IMG/VR virus record: IMGVR_UViG_3300020477_000021
Length of the DNA: 64,000 bases
From: an uncultured virus (IMG/VR IMGVR_UViG_3300020477_000021)
Taxonomy: Duplodnaviria > Heunggongvirae > Uroviricota > Caudoviricetes
Strand: one strand, 5' to 3'
The notes beneath the pieces were generated by a model that saw only the letters and a program-made list of their open reading frames with translations, did no database searches and was not told the DNA's origin. Below, one piece after another: positions 19,777 to 29,705 of this stretch (the stretch's first letter is position 1; each line of letters begins with the position of its first letter). Both the position numbers and the translations under genes were made by a program.

Positions 19777-20234
19777 TGCCTAATTATGTTGACAATGAAA
19801 AATTCTTAGAAGCTATTCTGCATTATAAACAGGAAGTCGCTTATGCTTTTACAAAAAAACAAGAGAAGCCTATGATTCCTGATTATATTGCAGAGTGCTT
19901 CTTAAAGATAGCAGAACATCTATCGTTTAGACCTAATTTTATTAATTATACATTTAAAGATGATCTTATAAGTGACGGTGTAGAAAATTGTTTGTTATAT
20001 GCTCATAAGTTTGATGAAACAAAATCAAAAAATCCATTTGCATATTTTACTCAAATAATTTATTACGCATTTGTTAGACGTATAGTTAAAGAAAAGAAAC
20101 AAACTAAAATAAGGTATCGAATGCTGGATGTTTATTTTAAAGATGAACATGATATTAAAACTATGTTGCCTGAAGATAAATACCAAATGTATCTAAAGAT
20201 GGTAGCTCCTGACCCAAAGAAAAAGAAGAAATGA
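19776..20234 (+). CDS. gp55: Late-transcription sigma factor gp55
   Basis: YVDNEKFL, LS.RPNF.NY, NPFAYFTQI.Y.AF.RRI.KEKKQ. Confidence 0.95.
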   Translation: MPNYVDNEKFLEAILHYKQEVAYAFTKKQEKPMIPDYIAECFLKIAEHLSFRPNFINYTFKDDLISDGVENCLLYAHKFDETKSKNPFAYFTQIIYYAFVRRIVKEKKQTKIRYRMLDVYFKDEHDIKTMLPEDKYQMYLKMVAPDPKKKKK

Positions 20235-21277
20235 AAATAGCTGTTATCAATGATACACATTTTGGAATACGGTCTGATTCAGTTTCTTTTCATAGATATT
20301 TTGAGTATTTCTATGAGAAGGAATTTTTCCCGTATTTAGAGAAACATAAAATCAAACATATCATTCATCAAGGAGATATAGTCGAGCGACGGAAGTTTAT
20401 TAATTATCTTTCCCTTGATGTTTTTAATAAAGTATTTGTTGTTCCATGTATTGAACGTGGTATCACGGTTGATTTGATTATTGGAAACCATGACACATAT
20501 TATAAGAATACAAACGAAACAAATTGTGCAAACCTTCTTATATTCCATGAGAATTTTAATGTGTATACAAAACCTGTTGATAAAAGTTTTAATGGCATTA
20601 CGGTTGGTTTTGTGCCGTGGATTTGTCCAGATAATTATGATGAAAGCTTGAAATATCTTAAAACTACAAAATCTCAAATATTATTTGGACATTTTGAAAT
20701 TTCAGGTTTTAAGATGTATAAGAATCATAAAGCAGATGAGGGTTTAAGTAAATCTATATTTGATCGTTTTGATATGGTATGTTCTGGTCATTTTCATCAT
20801 CGCTCAGATAATGGTACAATATTTTATCTCGGAGCTCCAATGGAATATAATTGGAATGATTGTGATGATGAAAGAGGGTTTCATATCTTTGATACTAAAA
20901 CTCGGAAGTTAAAATATATTAAAACAAAATTTAAAATGTTTCATAAGATATATTATGATGATACTGAAATTGATTATACTAATTATAATGTAAAACCACT
21001 CAAAAACAAAATGGTGAAACTCTATGTTACAGGTAAAAAGAATTTCAAAATGTTTGATGCGTTGGTTGATAAGATTGAACATCAAAATCCAATCGAATTT
21101 AATATTATTGAAGATTTATCGGATTTCCATTCTGAGGAAGATGAAAATGGTGTGGAGATAGAAAATACTCTTGATTTTTTAATCAATCATATTTCAGGTA
21201 TGGAATTGGATGAAAATGAAAAAAATACATTGTCTAAGTATATGCGTGAGTTATATGTTGAGGCTGTGAATGAGTAA
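20231..21277 (+). CDS. gp47: Recombination nuclease gp47 (Mre11/SbcD-like)
   Basis: DTHFG, GD, GNHD, GHFE, SGHFH. Confidence 0.95.
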   Translation: MKIAVINDTHFGIRSDSVSFHRYFEYFYEKEFFPYLEKHKIKHIIHQGDIVERRKFINYLSLDVFNKVFVVPCIERGITVDLIIGNHDTYYKNTNETNCANLLIFHENFNVYTKPVDKSFNGITVGFVPWICPDNYDESLKYLKTTKSQILFGHFEISGFKMYKNHKADEGLSKSIFDRFDMVCSGHFHHRSDNGTIFYLGAPMEYNWNDCDDERGFHIFDTKTRKLKYIKTKFKMFHKIYYDDTEIDYTNYNVKPLKNKMVKLYVTGKKNFKMFDALVDKIEHQNPIEFNIIEDLSDFHSEEDENGVEIENTLDFLINHISGMELDENEKNTLSKYMRELYVEAVNE

Positions 21278-21971
21278 ACGTAAGTTTACACTAGAAGAAA
21301 AGGTAATTGCTGAAATTTATAATCCTTGTTGTTTTCCAGATGGTGATGAGTTTGGTAGGGAACCAGCTATTATTGATACAAGTAGTATGCCTTGTCCTTA
21401 TTCTAAGATCACGGAAGATTGTGAAGTTTATATTGGCGATTCTTCTTATGAACAAAATTATAAAAGAGAAATTTTATATTGGGCATCAGTAAAAGGTAGA
21501 CAAGGAACTGGAGCAACGTGTGGTAAACGATGGGGAACGACTTTGTATTATGATATACCTTTTAATAAAGAAATAGAATTTCAAAAGATTCAAAATGATT
21601 TTTGTGATTTTGGTGAAGCAAAAATTTTACCTGATATTCCAAAAGTTCCAGTAGTTGAAAAATTGTTTCATTTGTTTTTTACTAATATTGATAAATTAAA
21701 TAAACCTGTTGCACATTCGTTAGCTGATTTAGAAACAGTTAAAAGAGAACATTTAGTTATTTTATATTTTGAATCTGCATTATATGATTTATATAAAAAT
21801 AGAAATTTGAAAAGAGATTCTGGATTATATTATCATACAGAAGAATATATACAGGCTTGTTTAAAACCTTATATTAAGGAAATATTATTTAAATATAAAC
21901 ACCGTGTTCGTGATGATACTTTTGTTTTGAGAGACCGTTTATATTCACAATATTATGTGTTATTGGTATGA
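21270..21971 (+). CDS. Hypothetical protein inserted between gp47 and gp46
   Basis: 233-aa ORF overlapping both neighbours; no motif recognised. Confidence 0.7.
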   Translation: MSKRKFTLEEKVIAEIYNPCCFPDGDEFGREPAIIDTSSMPCPYSKITEDCEVYIGDSSYEQNYKREILYWASVKGRQGTGATCGKRWGTTLYYDIPFNKEIEFQKIQNDFCDFGEAKILPDIPKVPVVEKLFHLFFTNIDKLNKPVAHSLADLETVKREHLVILYFESALYDLYKNRNLKRDSGLYYHTEEYIQACLKPYIKEILFKYKHRVRDDTFVLRDRLYSQYYVLLV

Positions 21972-23680
21972 TTGTTTTAAATAAATTAAAATGGAAAAAC
22001 TTTCTTAGTACTGGAGATCAATATAACGAACTGGAGCTAGATGCTAGTCCCATGTCAATCGTTGTTGGTATGAATGGTGCAGGAAAGTCAACTGTAATTG
22101 ATGCCCTTACATACGGATTGTTTGGTAAGTCTTTCAAGAAATTAAATACCAATCAACTCATCAATTCTGTTAATGAAAAAGATATGGTAGTTGAGGTTTT
22201 CTTTACTATAGGAAAACGTAAGTATCATATTAAACGTGGTCTTAAGCCAAGATTATTTGAAATCTATTGTGGTGGTGAATTATTAGACCAAGATGCAGCT
22301 GCAAGAGATTATCAAAAATATCTTGAAACCAATATTCTTAAATTAAATTATAAATCATTTACTCAAATTGTTGTATTGGGAAGTGCATTGTTTGTTCCTT
22401 TCATGCAACTTAGTTCTTCAGATAGAAGAATTATTATTGAAGATATTTTGGACATTCAGGTATTTTCAGTAATGAGAAATCTTGTTAAAGAAAAATTAAC
22501 AGAAACAAATGTTGCTAATGATTCTAATAAACAAGAACGTGGTAATACTGATAGTCAGATTATATTACATGAAAAATATATTAATGACCTTTCTTCTTCA
22601 AAAGAAGCTATCATTGATGAATTAAAAATTGAATTATCTGGTTTAGATATATTGGTTGGTCAAAAACAAAAAGAAATTCAAAAGTGTGAAGATGATATTG
22701 CTGAGTTGCAATTTCAAATGAAGAATGGGGGTTTATATGGTAAGGTTAGAGAATTAGAAAAACTTGATATTCAAATTGAATCAACTTTACAAAAAGCAGT
22801 TTCAGCATATACTTTTTTAAAGAGTACAACAAAATGTCCAACTTGTGAACAAGATATTTCTGCTGATTTCAAGGCCTCGACTTTAAAAAAGAAAGAAGAA
22901 AAAATAGATGAGTATAAATTTGCATTAATAGATTTAGCTAAACAAAAGGATAAAATAGATGTAGATGTAAAATTTAATGAGGATATTGAAACGAAGGTAT
23001 CAAAAATTGAAAATCAAGTTATTCACCTCAAGAGTGAAATAAACCTCCATCAAAGGTCAAAAGAGGACTTATCCTCCAAAATTGAGGATAAATCTTCAAA
23101 AAATCAAAATTTGGAGGAAGAGAGAAACCTGTTGGCTAGTCTTCGTGCAAAACTTGAAGAGCTGGAGCAAAAAAGATTTGACATTAGTGAGAAAATTTGT
23201 TATTATGGGAGAATAAGCAATTTGCTACAAGATGGTGGAGTTAAGACTAAAATTATTAAACAGTATTTGCCCGTGATTAATAACCGAGTAAATCATTATC
23301 TTAAAGAGATGGATTTCTTTGTGAATTTTTACTTGGATGAAAATTTCAACGAAACAATTAAATCAAGATTTAGAGATGTATTTTCATATTCTTCTTTTTC
23401 GGAAGGAGAAAAACAAAGAATTGACATTGCATTATTATTGACATGGAGAGATATTGCAGCCATGAGAAATTCAGTAAATGTTAATCTATTAATAATGGAT
23501 GAAATTTTTGATTCATCATTAGATCAAAATGGGATAGATGATGTATTGAAATTATTTAATAATTTAGATAATACAAACTTATTTGTTGTATCGCATCGGG
23601 GTGATGTGCTAGAAGATAAGTTTCCATCTAAGATTTATGTAGAGAAGAAGCAAAACTTTTCAACCTTTGAGAGGGAATGA
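21968..23680 (+). CDS. gp46: Recombination ATPase gp46 (Rad50/SbcC-like)
   Basis: GMNGAGKST, CPTC zinc hook, FSEGEKQRID, MDEIFDSSLD. Confidence 0.96.
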   Translation: MIVLNKLKWKNFLSTGDQYNELELDASPMSIVVGMNGAGKSTVIDALTYGLFGKSFKKLNTNQLINSVNEKDMVVEVFFTIGKRKYHIKRGLKPRLFEIYCGGELLDQDAAARDYQKYLETNILKLNYKSFTQIVVLGSALFVPFMQLSSSDRRIIIEDILDIQVFSVMRNLVKEKLTETNVANDSNKQERGNTDSQIILHEKYINDLSSSKEAIIDELKIELSGLDILVGQKQKEIQKCEDDIAELQFQMKNGGLYGKVRELEKLDIQIESTLQKAVSAYTFLKSTTKCPTCEQDISADFKASTLKKKEEKIDEYKFALIDLAKQKDKIDVDVKFNEDIETKVSKIENQVIHLKSEINLHQRSKEDLSSKIEDKSSKNQNLEEERNLLASLRAKLEELEQKRFDISEKICYYGRISNLLQDGGVKTKIIKQYLPVINNRVNHYLKEMDFFVNFYLDENFNETIKSRFRDVFSYSSFSEGEKQRIDIALLLTWRDIAAMRNSVNVNLLIMDEIFDSSLDQNGIDDVLKLFNNLDNTNLFVVSHRGDVLEDKFPSKIYVEKKQNFSTFERE

Positions 23681-24348
23681 TTATGAACATTAGTAGTGAG
23701 ACTTTAGATATTTTAAAGAATTTCTCGGAGATTAATAATTCAATTCTTATTAATCCGGGTAACGAATTGAAAACAATGTCACCATTGAAAAATGTATTGG
23801 CAAGAGTTAAGCTGAAAGATAAGTTTCCAAAGCAGTGTGGCATCTATAACTTGAGTGAGTTCATCGGTGTTGTTTCAGCTATGGAATCGCCGAGTTTGGA
23901 TTTCAATGAAGTTGCAGTTAAGCTTAAATCTTCAAAGGGAACATTGAAGTATTTTTATTCTGATCCTTCAACTATTGTATATCCAGAAAAAGATATTGAG
24001 ATGCCAGACGCTGATATTGAGTTTGAAGTAACAGCCGATGATTACGCAAGTATTATGAAGATGGCATTGACATTGAATCTTAGTGACATTATGGTTAAGG
24101 GGTGTTCTAAAAGCAAAAAGATTTATTTGTGTACGTTAGATAGAAAGAGTGATACATCAAATGATTTTTCTGTTGAAGTTGGTGATACAGAGAAAGATTT
24201 TAATTTGTATTTTAAAGCAGAAAACTTTAAGATGGTAAAGGGAGATTATAAAGTTAGAGTAACATCTAAAGGTATTGCTCACTTTACACATGAGTCTGAT
24301 GATTTGGAGTATTGGGTAGCTTTGGAGCCTGATAGTAAATATGAATAA
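23677..24348 (+). CDS. gp45: Sliding clamp gp45
   Basis: TLDILKNFS.IN.SI, GIYNL.EF, C-terminal YWVALE. Confidence 0.93.
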   Translation: MIMNISSETLDILKNFSEINNSILINPGNELKTMSPLKNVLARVKLKDKFPKQCGIYNLSEFIGVVSAMESPSLDFNEVAVKLKSSKGTLKYFYSDPSTIVYPEKDIEMPDADIEFEVTADDYASIMKMALTLNLSDIMVKGCSKSKKIYLCTLDRKSDTSNDFSVEVGDTEKDFNLYFKAENFKMVKGDYKVRVTSKGIAHFTHESDDLEYWVALEPDSKYE

Positions 24349-25186
24349 GTTAAAATATTCAGAGATGTTTTATTCTGTGCAGGGAGAGGGACGGTACGTT
24401 GGAGTACCGTCCGTATTTCTCCGTGTGTTTGGATGTAATTTTGAATGTACTGGTTTTGGTCAATCCAGAGATAAGTCTGAATGGCTTCCAGAGGAAGAAA
24501 TGGCACACGCACAAGAATATCCACACGCAAAAACTTTGGCAGATTTACCAGTTCCAGAGGTTGGGTGTGATAGTTCTTTTTCATGGGCAAGTAAGTTTGG
24601 TGATCTTGCATCTAAAGATGATGCAAATGCTTTAATTGAAAAATTAAATAATCATTTAAAACCTGGGGCTCATCTGGTTATAACTGGAGGAGAACCCTTG
24701 TTAAAGGGATTCCATCCAATGATGTTAGAACTATTGATGAGTCCTGCCTTACATACGAATCATGTTACTTTTGAAACTAATGGAACGCAAGCATTTCCAT
24801 ATTATAGTCATTTTACACATCGGTTTTATTTGTTTAATAGAGAAATTACATGGGCAGTTTCACCAAAACTTTCTATTAGTGGTGAAAAATGGGAAGATGC
24901 AATAGTTCCAAATGCACTTTTATCATATTGCCAATGGCCACATTCTCATTTGTTTTTGAAGTTTGTAATTAGAGATGAAAGAGATATTGAAGAAGTTCAA
25001 GCAGCAGTAGCACTTTATAAAAAGAAATTTGTTACAATAGATGGTATATATTTGATGCCAGAAGGTGGTACAGCTGATGGATTGAGTTTAACTGAAACAA
25101 AAGTTGCAGAGTTATGTATGGAACATGGTTATAACTTTAGTCCACGTTTACAAATACATTTATTTGGTAATAAGTGGGGAACGTAA
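24341..25186 (+). CDS. queE: 7-carboxy-7-deazaguanine synthase QueE (radical SAM)
   Basis: EMFYSVQGEG..VG.PSVFLR.FGCNFEC...GCDS, ITGGEP, FETNGT, SPRLQI.LFG. Confidence 0.92.
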   Translation: MNKLKYSEMFYSVQGEGRYVGVPSVFLRVFGCNFECTGFGQSRDKSEWLPEEEMAHAQEYPHAKTLADLPVPEVGCDSSFSWASKFGDLASKDDANALIEKLNNHLKPGAHLVITGGEPLLKGFHPMMLELLMSPALHTNHVTFETNGTQAFPYYSHFTHRFYLFNREITWAVSPKLSISGEKWEDAIVPNALLSYCQWPHSHLFLKFVIRDERDIEEVQAAVALYKKKFVTIDGIYLMPEGGTADGLSLTETKVAELCMEHGYNFSPRLQIHLFGNKWGT

Positions 25187-25638
25187 TGATAGTATTTCCT
25201 GAACCATTGAAATATAATTATACATATGAACAATATTGGGAAGATATTAAATTACTTAAAGCAAAGTTTGAGAAATTAAAGTCACCTAATATTGTTGGAA
25301 TATATCGAGGTTCGTTGTCTATTGCAGCTCATCTTTCTAATATATTAAATTGTGGAATGAGTATTGTTAGATTTCAAAGTAGAGATGGAAAAGATAAAGA
25401 AGCATCTTTTATTTTGGATAGTTCAACGTCGGATAGTGATATTGTTGTTGTAGATGATATTTATGATAGTGGAAAAACTATACAAGCAGTTCATTCATTG
25501 TATTTTAATCATCCACATAAGTCTATTCAATATTTTACATTATATGGAAAAATGAATACTGATGGTGTTGAATTTTTTCATTATAACAATGAAAGATGGA
25601 TTGTGTTTCCGTGGGAACGTAGTGAAGGAGAAATGTAA
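25186..25638 (+). CDS. Type I phosphoribosyltransferase (Gpt-like)
   Basis: PRPP-binding motif VVVDDIYDSGKT, GIYRG, C-terminal WIVFPWE; TAATG coupling to queE. Confidence 0.85.
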   Translation: MIVFPEPLKYNYTYEQYWEDIKLLKAKFEKLKSPNIVGIYRGSLSIAAHLSNILNCGMSIVRFQSRDGKDKEASFILDSSTSDSDIVVVDDIYDSGKTIQAVHSLYFNHPHKSIQYFTLYGKMNTDGVEFFHYNNERWIVFPWERSEGEM

Positions 25639-25640
25639 AC

Positions 25641-25835
25641 ATGCCACCAAAACAATCTTATTTTAAAATTAGTGGTACACTTAAATATAAAGAAGATAAT
25701 CCTGATGATGATTTTTCTATATTTATGAAGGCCTTGTCTGATAATAATGCAGTAATGTTAGTGCGAGAGCATCTTAGAAATCATGCTCCAGAAGGACAAT
25801 CTATCATTACTAAGATTGAACAAAGGAGAGAGTGA
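25641..25835 (+). CDS. Small hypothetical protein
   Basis: 64-aa ORF in operon order. Confidence 0.6.
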   Translation: MPPKQSYFKISGTLKYKEDNPDDDFSIFMKALSDNNAVMLVREHLRNHAPEGQSIITKIEQRRE

Positions 25836-26290
25836 TGATATATAAAAGTCAAAAGACTTATGGTAATGACCGAGGTTTTAGTTGTGCATTTAGACAACAT
25901 AAAGCTACTCATAGTCATTGTTCGTTGATTCATGGGTATAGTTTGGGTTTTAGTTTTACTTTTGAAGCAACTGAATTAGATGAAAATAATTGGGTGTATG
26001 ATTTTGGTGGTTGCAAGTGGATTAAAGAATACTTGGAAGAAATGTTTGACCATACATTAGTAATTGATTTTCTTGATCCTCATTATGAGTCACTTGTGCA
26101 TTTACAGCATCTTGGTATAGCCAGAGTTGTAAAAGTAAAAGGAATAGGTTGTGAGAAATTTGCCGAGCATGTTTTTAATTATGTTGCTCCTATTGTTAGT
26201 AAAGAAACAGAGGGTAGAGTTCAATTAACTAAAGTTAAAGTTTTTGAACATGGCAGTAATAGCGCAGCTGTGAAAATGGAGAAAGAATAA
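25832..26290 (+). CDS. queD: 6-carboxy-tetrahydropterin synthase QueD
   Basis: HCSLIHGY, DFG, FDH, CEKFA, VFEH..N.A. Confidence 0.9.
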   Translation: MMIYKSQKTYGNDRGFSCAFRQHKATHSHCSLIHGYSLGFSFTFEATELDENNWVYDFGGCKWIKEYLEEMFDHTLVIDFLDPHYESLVHLQHLGIARVVKVKGIGCEKFAEHVFNYVAPIVSKETEGRVQLTKVKVFEHGSNSAAVKMEKE

Positions 26291-26928
26291 TGGCTATAGA
26301 ATTTCCAGATGAAACATTTTTTGCAAATGCTAATATTGGTGATTGTAACCAAGAGGAGATTTTAGAAAATGTTACTACGGCGTTTCAAGGTGTTTTGGAG
26401 GCTCTCCGGATTGACACCGAGAATGACCATAACACACAAGAAACAGCAAAACGAGTTGCAAAAATGTATGTCCAAGAATTATTCAAAGGACGATATACCC
26501 CCAGACCAGATTGCACTTCGTTCCCCAATGCACGATTATATGACCAAATTTATATAACGGGTCCGATTACGGTTAATTCTACTTGTGCTCATCATTTTCA
26601 ACCGATTGATGGTAGATGTTGGGTTGGAATATTTCCAGGTAGAAAAGTAATTGGGTTATCAAAGTTTAACCGTGTGGTTGATTGGGTTGCATCTCGACCT
26701 CAGATTCAAGAAGAATTGACTGAGCAGATAGCAGATGAAATTGAAGATGTAACAGAAGCAAAGGGAGTAGCTGTTGTATTAAAAGCAAAACATTTTTGTA
26801 TGTCAGCACGAGGAGTTAAAGAGCATGCTAGTGAAATGTTGACTTCAGTTGTTCGTGGTGTGTTTAGAGAGCGGATGGCAATTAAGAATGAATTTTTCTC
26901 ATTAATGCAAAATATGAAAGGATATTAA
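26290..26928 (+). CDS. folE: GTP cyclohydrolase I FolE
   Basis: ETAKRVAKMY, STCAHH, GLSKFNR, RPQIQE, HFCMSARGV. Confidence 0.95.
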   Translation: MAIEFPDETFFANANIGDCNQEEILENVTTAFQGVLEALRIDTENDHNTQETAKRVAKMYVQELFKGRYTPRPDCTSFPNARLYDQIYITGPITVNSTCAHHFQPIDGRCWVGIFPGRKVIGLSKFNRVVDWVASRPQIQEELTEQIADEIEDVTEAKGVAVVLKAKHFCMSARGVKEHASEMLTSVVRGVFRERMAIKNEFFSLMQNMKGY

Positions 26929-27111
26929 ATGTGTAGTAGAGGAGGAGGTGGAATGAGTGACCGAGACCCAAATAGACGTAGAAGAAAAATGCAAGATATG
27001 TTGAATAAGCATTATAAAAAACGTGGGTTGATTCCTCCAAAGATAAAACCTAAAATAGATTGGGATAAAGAATTAAGTAAGTTGCCAAGAAGAATTATAG
27101 GAGAAGAATAA
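26929..27111 (+). CDS. Small basic hypothetical protein
   Basis: ORF; second ATG at 26953 follows GGAGG. Confidence 0.55.
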   Translation: MCSRGGGGMSDRDPNRRRRKMQDMLNKHYKKRGLIPPKIKPKIDWDKELSKLPRRIIGEE

Positions 27112-27800
27112 TGAAAAAAGTGATAAGTCTTTCGGGTGGACTTGATAGCACAGTTTTGTGTTATTGGTTAGTCGATAAGTATGGAGCTGAAAATATTTTA
27201 CCTATTACTTTTAATTATGGTCAAAAGAATAGTGTTGAAACTAGTAAAGCAAAACGTACTTGTTGGGACCTGGGACTCACATATAATCTTCAAGATATAA
27301 CTTTTCTTGGTGAAATTTGTAAAGGGGTAAGTTCATTGTCTGCTTCGTCTGATATAGAAGTTCCGGAGGCAGATGATAATAAAACTCCTTCTACATACAT
27401 TCCATATAGAAATATGATAATGATGAGTATTGCATTATCGTTTGCAGAATCTAATGAAGCAGATACAGTTTATATTTCTTCACAGAAAAAAGATATTCAT
27501 TGGGATTCTCAAGAATCTTTTATGACAGCAATTAATAACGTATCTGTTTTAAATACGACAGCTTCAGTAAAAATAGAAGCCCCATTTATTAATTTAACGA
27601 AAGCAGAAGAAATAGAAGAAGGAATTTCATTAGGTGTTCCTTTTGAACATTGTTGGAGTTGTTATGATCCTAAGTTTGTTCAAGTTCCAAGGTCAGCGAT
27701 AGCTTGTGGTTATTGTAGTGCTTGTGTTAAACGAAAAGAGGCATTTGATGAAGTGGGTATTGATGACCCATTACCAACAATAAAGGGGGATTTAAAATGA
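27111..27800 (+). CDS. queC: 7-cyano-7-deazaguanine (preQ0) synthase QueC
   Basis: SLSGGLDS, YGQK, YIPYRN, WSCY, CGYCSAC. Confidence 0.93.
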   Translation: MKKVISLSGGLDSTVLCYWLVDKYGAENILPITFNYGQKNSVETSKAKRTCWDLGLTYNLQDITFLGEICKGVSSLSASSDIEVPEADDNKTPSTYIPYRNMIMMSIALSFAESNEADTVYISSQKKDIHWDSQESFMTAINNVSVLNTTASVKIEAPFINLTKAEEIEEGISLGVPFEHCWSCYDPKFVQVPRSAIACGYCSACVKRKEAFDEVGIDDPLPTIKGDLK

Positions 27801-29164
27801 GTATATTAGAAGTTCCGAATGAAGAAAATGCAATAATGATACCTGCATATAGTGATGGTCTTACAAAGTTATTTTATAATAAAACAGATAAAGACGTTGC
27901 TGGGTATGAATTAGAAGATTTTGGAGAAAAGAAATCTTTACGCATTTTTAATCCAGATGCAAATCCTTATTTTGAAAATCCGTGGATGTTGATTTCAGCT
28001 GGTATCTGTTATGATAAAAAAGATACCAGAAAAAAGATTGGTGCAGAGAAAGCAAAAGTCTTTATTGATAGTGGTGGTTTTCAGTTAGCAATGGGAACAG
28101 TTAATCCAAAGAAATTTGACGATAAGGTTGCACTTGAATGGTCAGAACAAAACGGAGATATATTTCCAATATTGGATAGACCTGTAAGGGGAATAGGGAA
28201 AACATTTAAAAACTATGAGGAGTGTTTAACAAAGACGATAGGTTCTGCAAGATATTATACTGAGAATAGAACTAGAAAAGATGCAGTTGTTTTAAATGTT
28301 TTACAGGGTGGAACATTTGAGGAAATGGAAAAGTGGTATCAATCAGTAAAAGATTTTAAATTTGAAGGATGGGGAATTGGTGGTACAGCTGGTAGTCCTC
28401 AGAAAGTTTTAACTGCGTTATTGGTCCTCATAAATAATAGAGAATTTGAAAATGAAAGAAAGTTGGTGCATATCTTTGGTGTAACATCATCTTCAGCTAT
28501 GGTATTTCTCCGTTGGATGCAAGTTTGTTTAAATAAACAAAAAATCAATGTTCAATTAACTTATGATAGCACCTATTGGAATCGCACTACTGTTTTTGGT
28601 GGATATTTTATGACACCACGGTGGAAAGGTGATCCGGGTATGCAACAAATTAGTGTTACTAATCGACAACTAGTTCCAGATAAAAACGGTGATATTGAAA
28701 TAGACGGAGAAATGTATCGAGGCATTCCTCAAGATTATACAAACATGAGCAAAGAGTTCAAATTGCCGTGTGTATTAGATTGTCCTGTATGTAGTGATTT
28801 GAAAGATACTTATAAGTTTTATAATAACTATAATGAAAAAACAGGATCATTACAAATGCACAAGTTTAACATCGCAATGGCATTTCATAATCTGTATATG
28901 CAAATGGTATGGGATGAGCAAGTAAATAAATTCTTTCATTTTCAAAATGGTAAGCTTGAAGATGTTGGAGCTCTTGAATGTGAGAAAGGAGTACAAAATC
29001 TTGTAAGAGAAGTTGTTGGTGAAAAAGTGTATGCTCAACTAAAAGAAATAGAGGATACGATTAATAATCCAAAGAAATCTTCTAATGTTGCAAAGTTGTA
29101 TCATGGTTTTAAACATAAAGTAGATAAAACAAGTAAAGCACCTAGTTTAATGGAGATTGGTTAA
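27797..29164 (+). CDS. TGT-fold transglycosylase, probable DpdA-like DNA 7-deazaguanine inserting enzyme
   Basis: DSGGFQ, ILD, VLQG, GIGG, HIFGV, YDS and C..DCPVC...H in TGT order; follows queC. Confidence 0.8.
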   Translation: MSILEVPNEENAIMIPAYSDGLTKLFYNKTDKDVAGYELEDFGEKKSLRIFNPDANPYFENPWMLISAGICYDKKDTRKKIGAEKAKVFIDSGGFQLAMGTVNPKKFDDKVALEWSEQNGDIFPILDRPVRGIGKTFKNYEECLTKTIGSARYYTENRTRKDAVVLNVLQGGTFEEMEKWYQSVKDFKFEGWGIGGTAGSPQKVLTALLVLINNREFENERKLVHIFGVTSSSAMVFLRWMQVCLNKQKINVQLTYDSTYWNRTTVFGGYFMTPRWKGDPGMQQISVTNRQLVPDKNGDIEIDGEMYRGIPQDYTNMSKEFKLPCVLDCPVCSDLKDTYKFYNNYNEKTGSLQMHKFNIAMAFHNLYMQMVWDEQVNKFFHFQNGKLEDVGALECEKGVQNLVREVVGEKVYAQLKEIEDTINNPKKSSNVAKLYHGFKHKVDKTSKAPSLMEIG

Positions 29165-29562
29165 TGAGAAATCCTATAAACAAAAGTGGTACAAGTCTTG
29201 AAAAAAGATTAGAAGTTTATCTTATTGAAAATAAGATTCAATATAAAAAACACAAATCTGGAAAACATGAAATAGATTTTATTATTCAACAACCTGATGC
29301 GCCATGGTATGTAGAATGTACGAATCAAAATAGTAGTGGTAGTGTATATGAGAAACTGCCACAGAAGCAACGAAAATATCATAGACTATATGGGTTTAAA
29401 AAGGTTTATAATGTTATTGGTAAGTATAAGATACCTAATGAAGTTATAATTACTATGGATGAAGATGCTAAAACTCATGGATATGAATATACTTTAGATA
29501 CATTTGACGAATTTGTAAGTCGTTTGGATGGGTCATATAATTATAGTCCTTTAGGAATATAA
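29164..29562 (+). CDS. PD-(D/E)xK nuclease-like protein
   Basis: G..LE...E, IDFII, YVECTNQNSSGS..EK resembling restriction-fold nucleases. Confidence 0.6.
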   Translation: MRNPINKSGTSLEKRLEVYLIENKIQYKKHKSGKHEIDFIIQQPDAPWYVECTNQNSSGSVYEKLPQKQRKYHRLYGFKKVYNVIGKYKIPNEVIITMDEDAKTHGYEYTLDTFDEFVSRLDGSYNYSPLGI

Positions 29563-29642
29563 TGAAATTAAACTTTGAAATAAAAGTGGTAAAAAAACTT
29601 GACTTTGAGTGGTATTTTTGTTATAATATATATAATAATTAA
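29562..29642 (+). pseudogene. Possible 5' remnant of a mom-like gene (26 codons)
   Basis: MKLNFEIKVVKK aligns with MKFNYKIKILPK of the 30965 gene, then runs into a promoter and stops. Confidence 0.4.
29599..29627 (+). promoter_or_regulatory. Sigma70-type promoter for the ParB-like/tRNA-Gly/mom unit
   Basis: TTGACT-17-TATAAT with TG extended -10. Confidence 0.8.
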
Positions 29643-29705
29643 TCAATCAGATTAATTATATTTTTAACTTTCAATGTCAGAAAAGTTTGACAGAAAGGAT
29701 TTACA

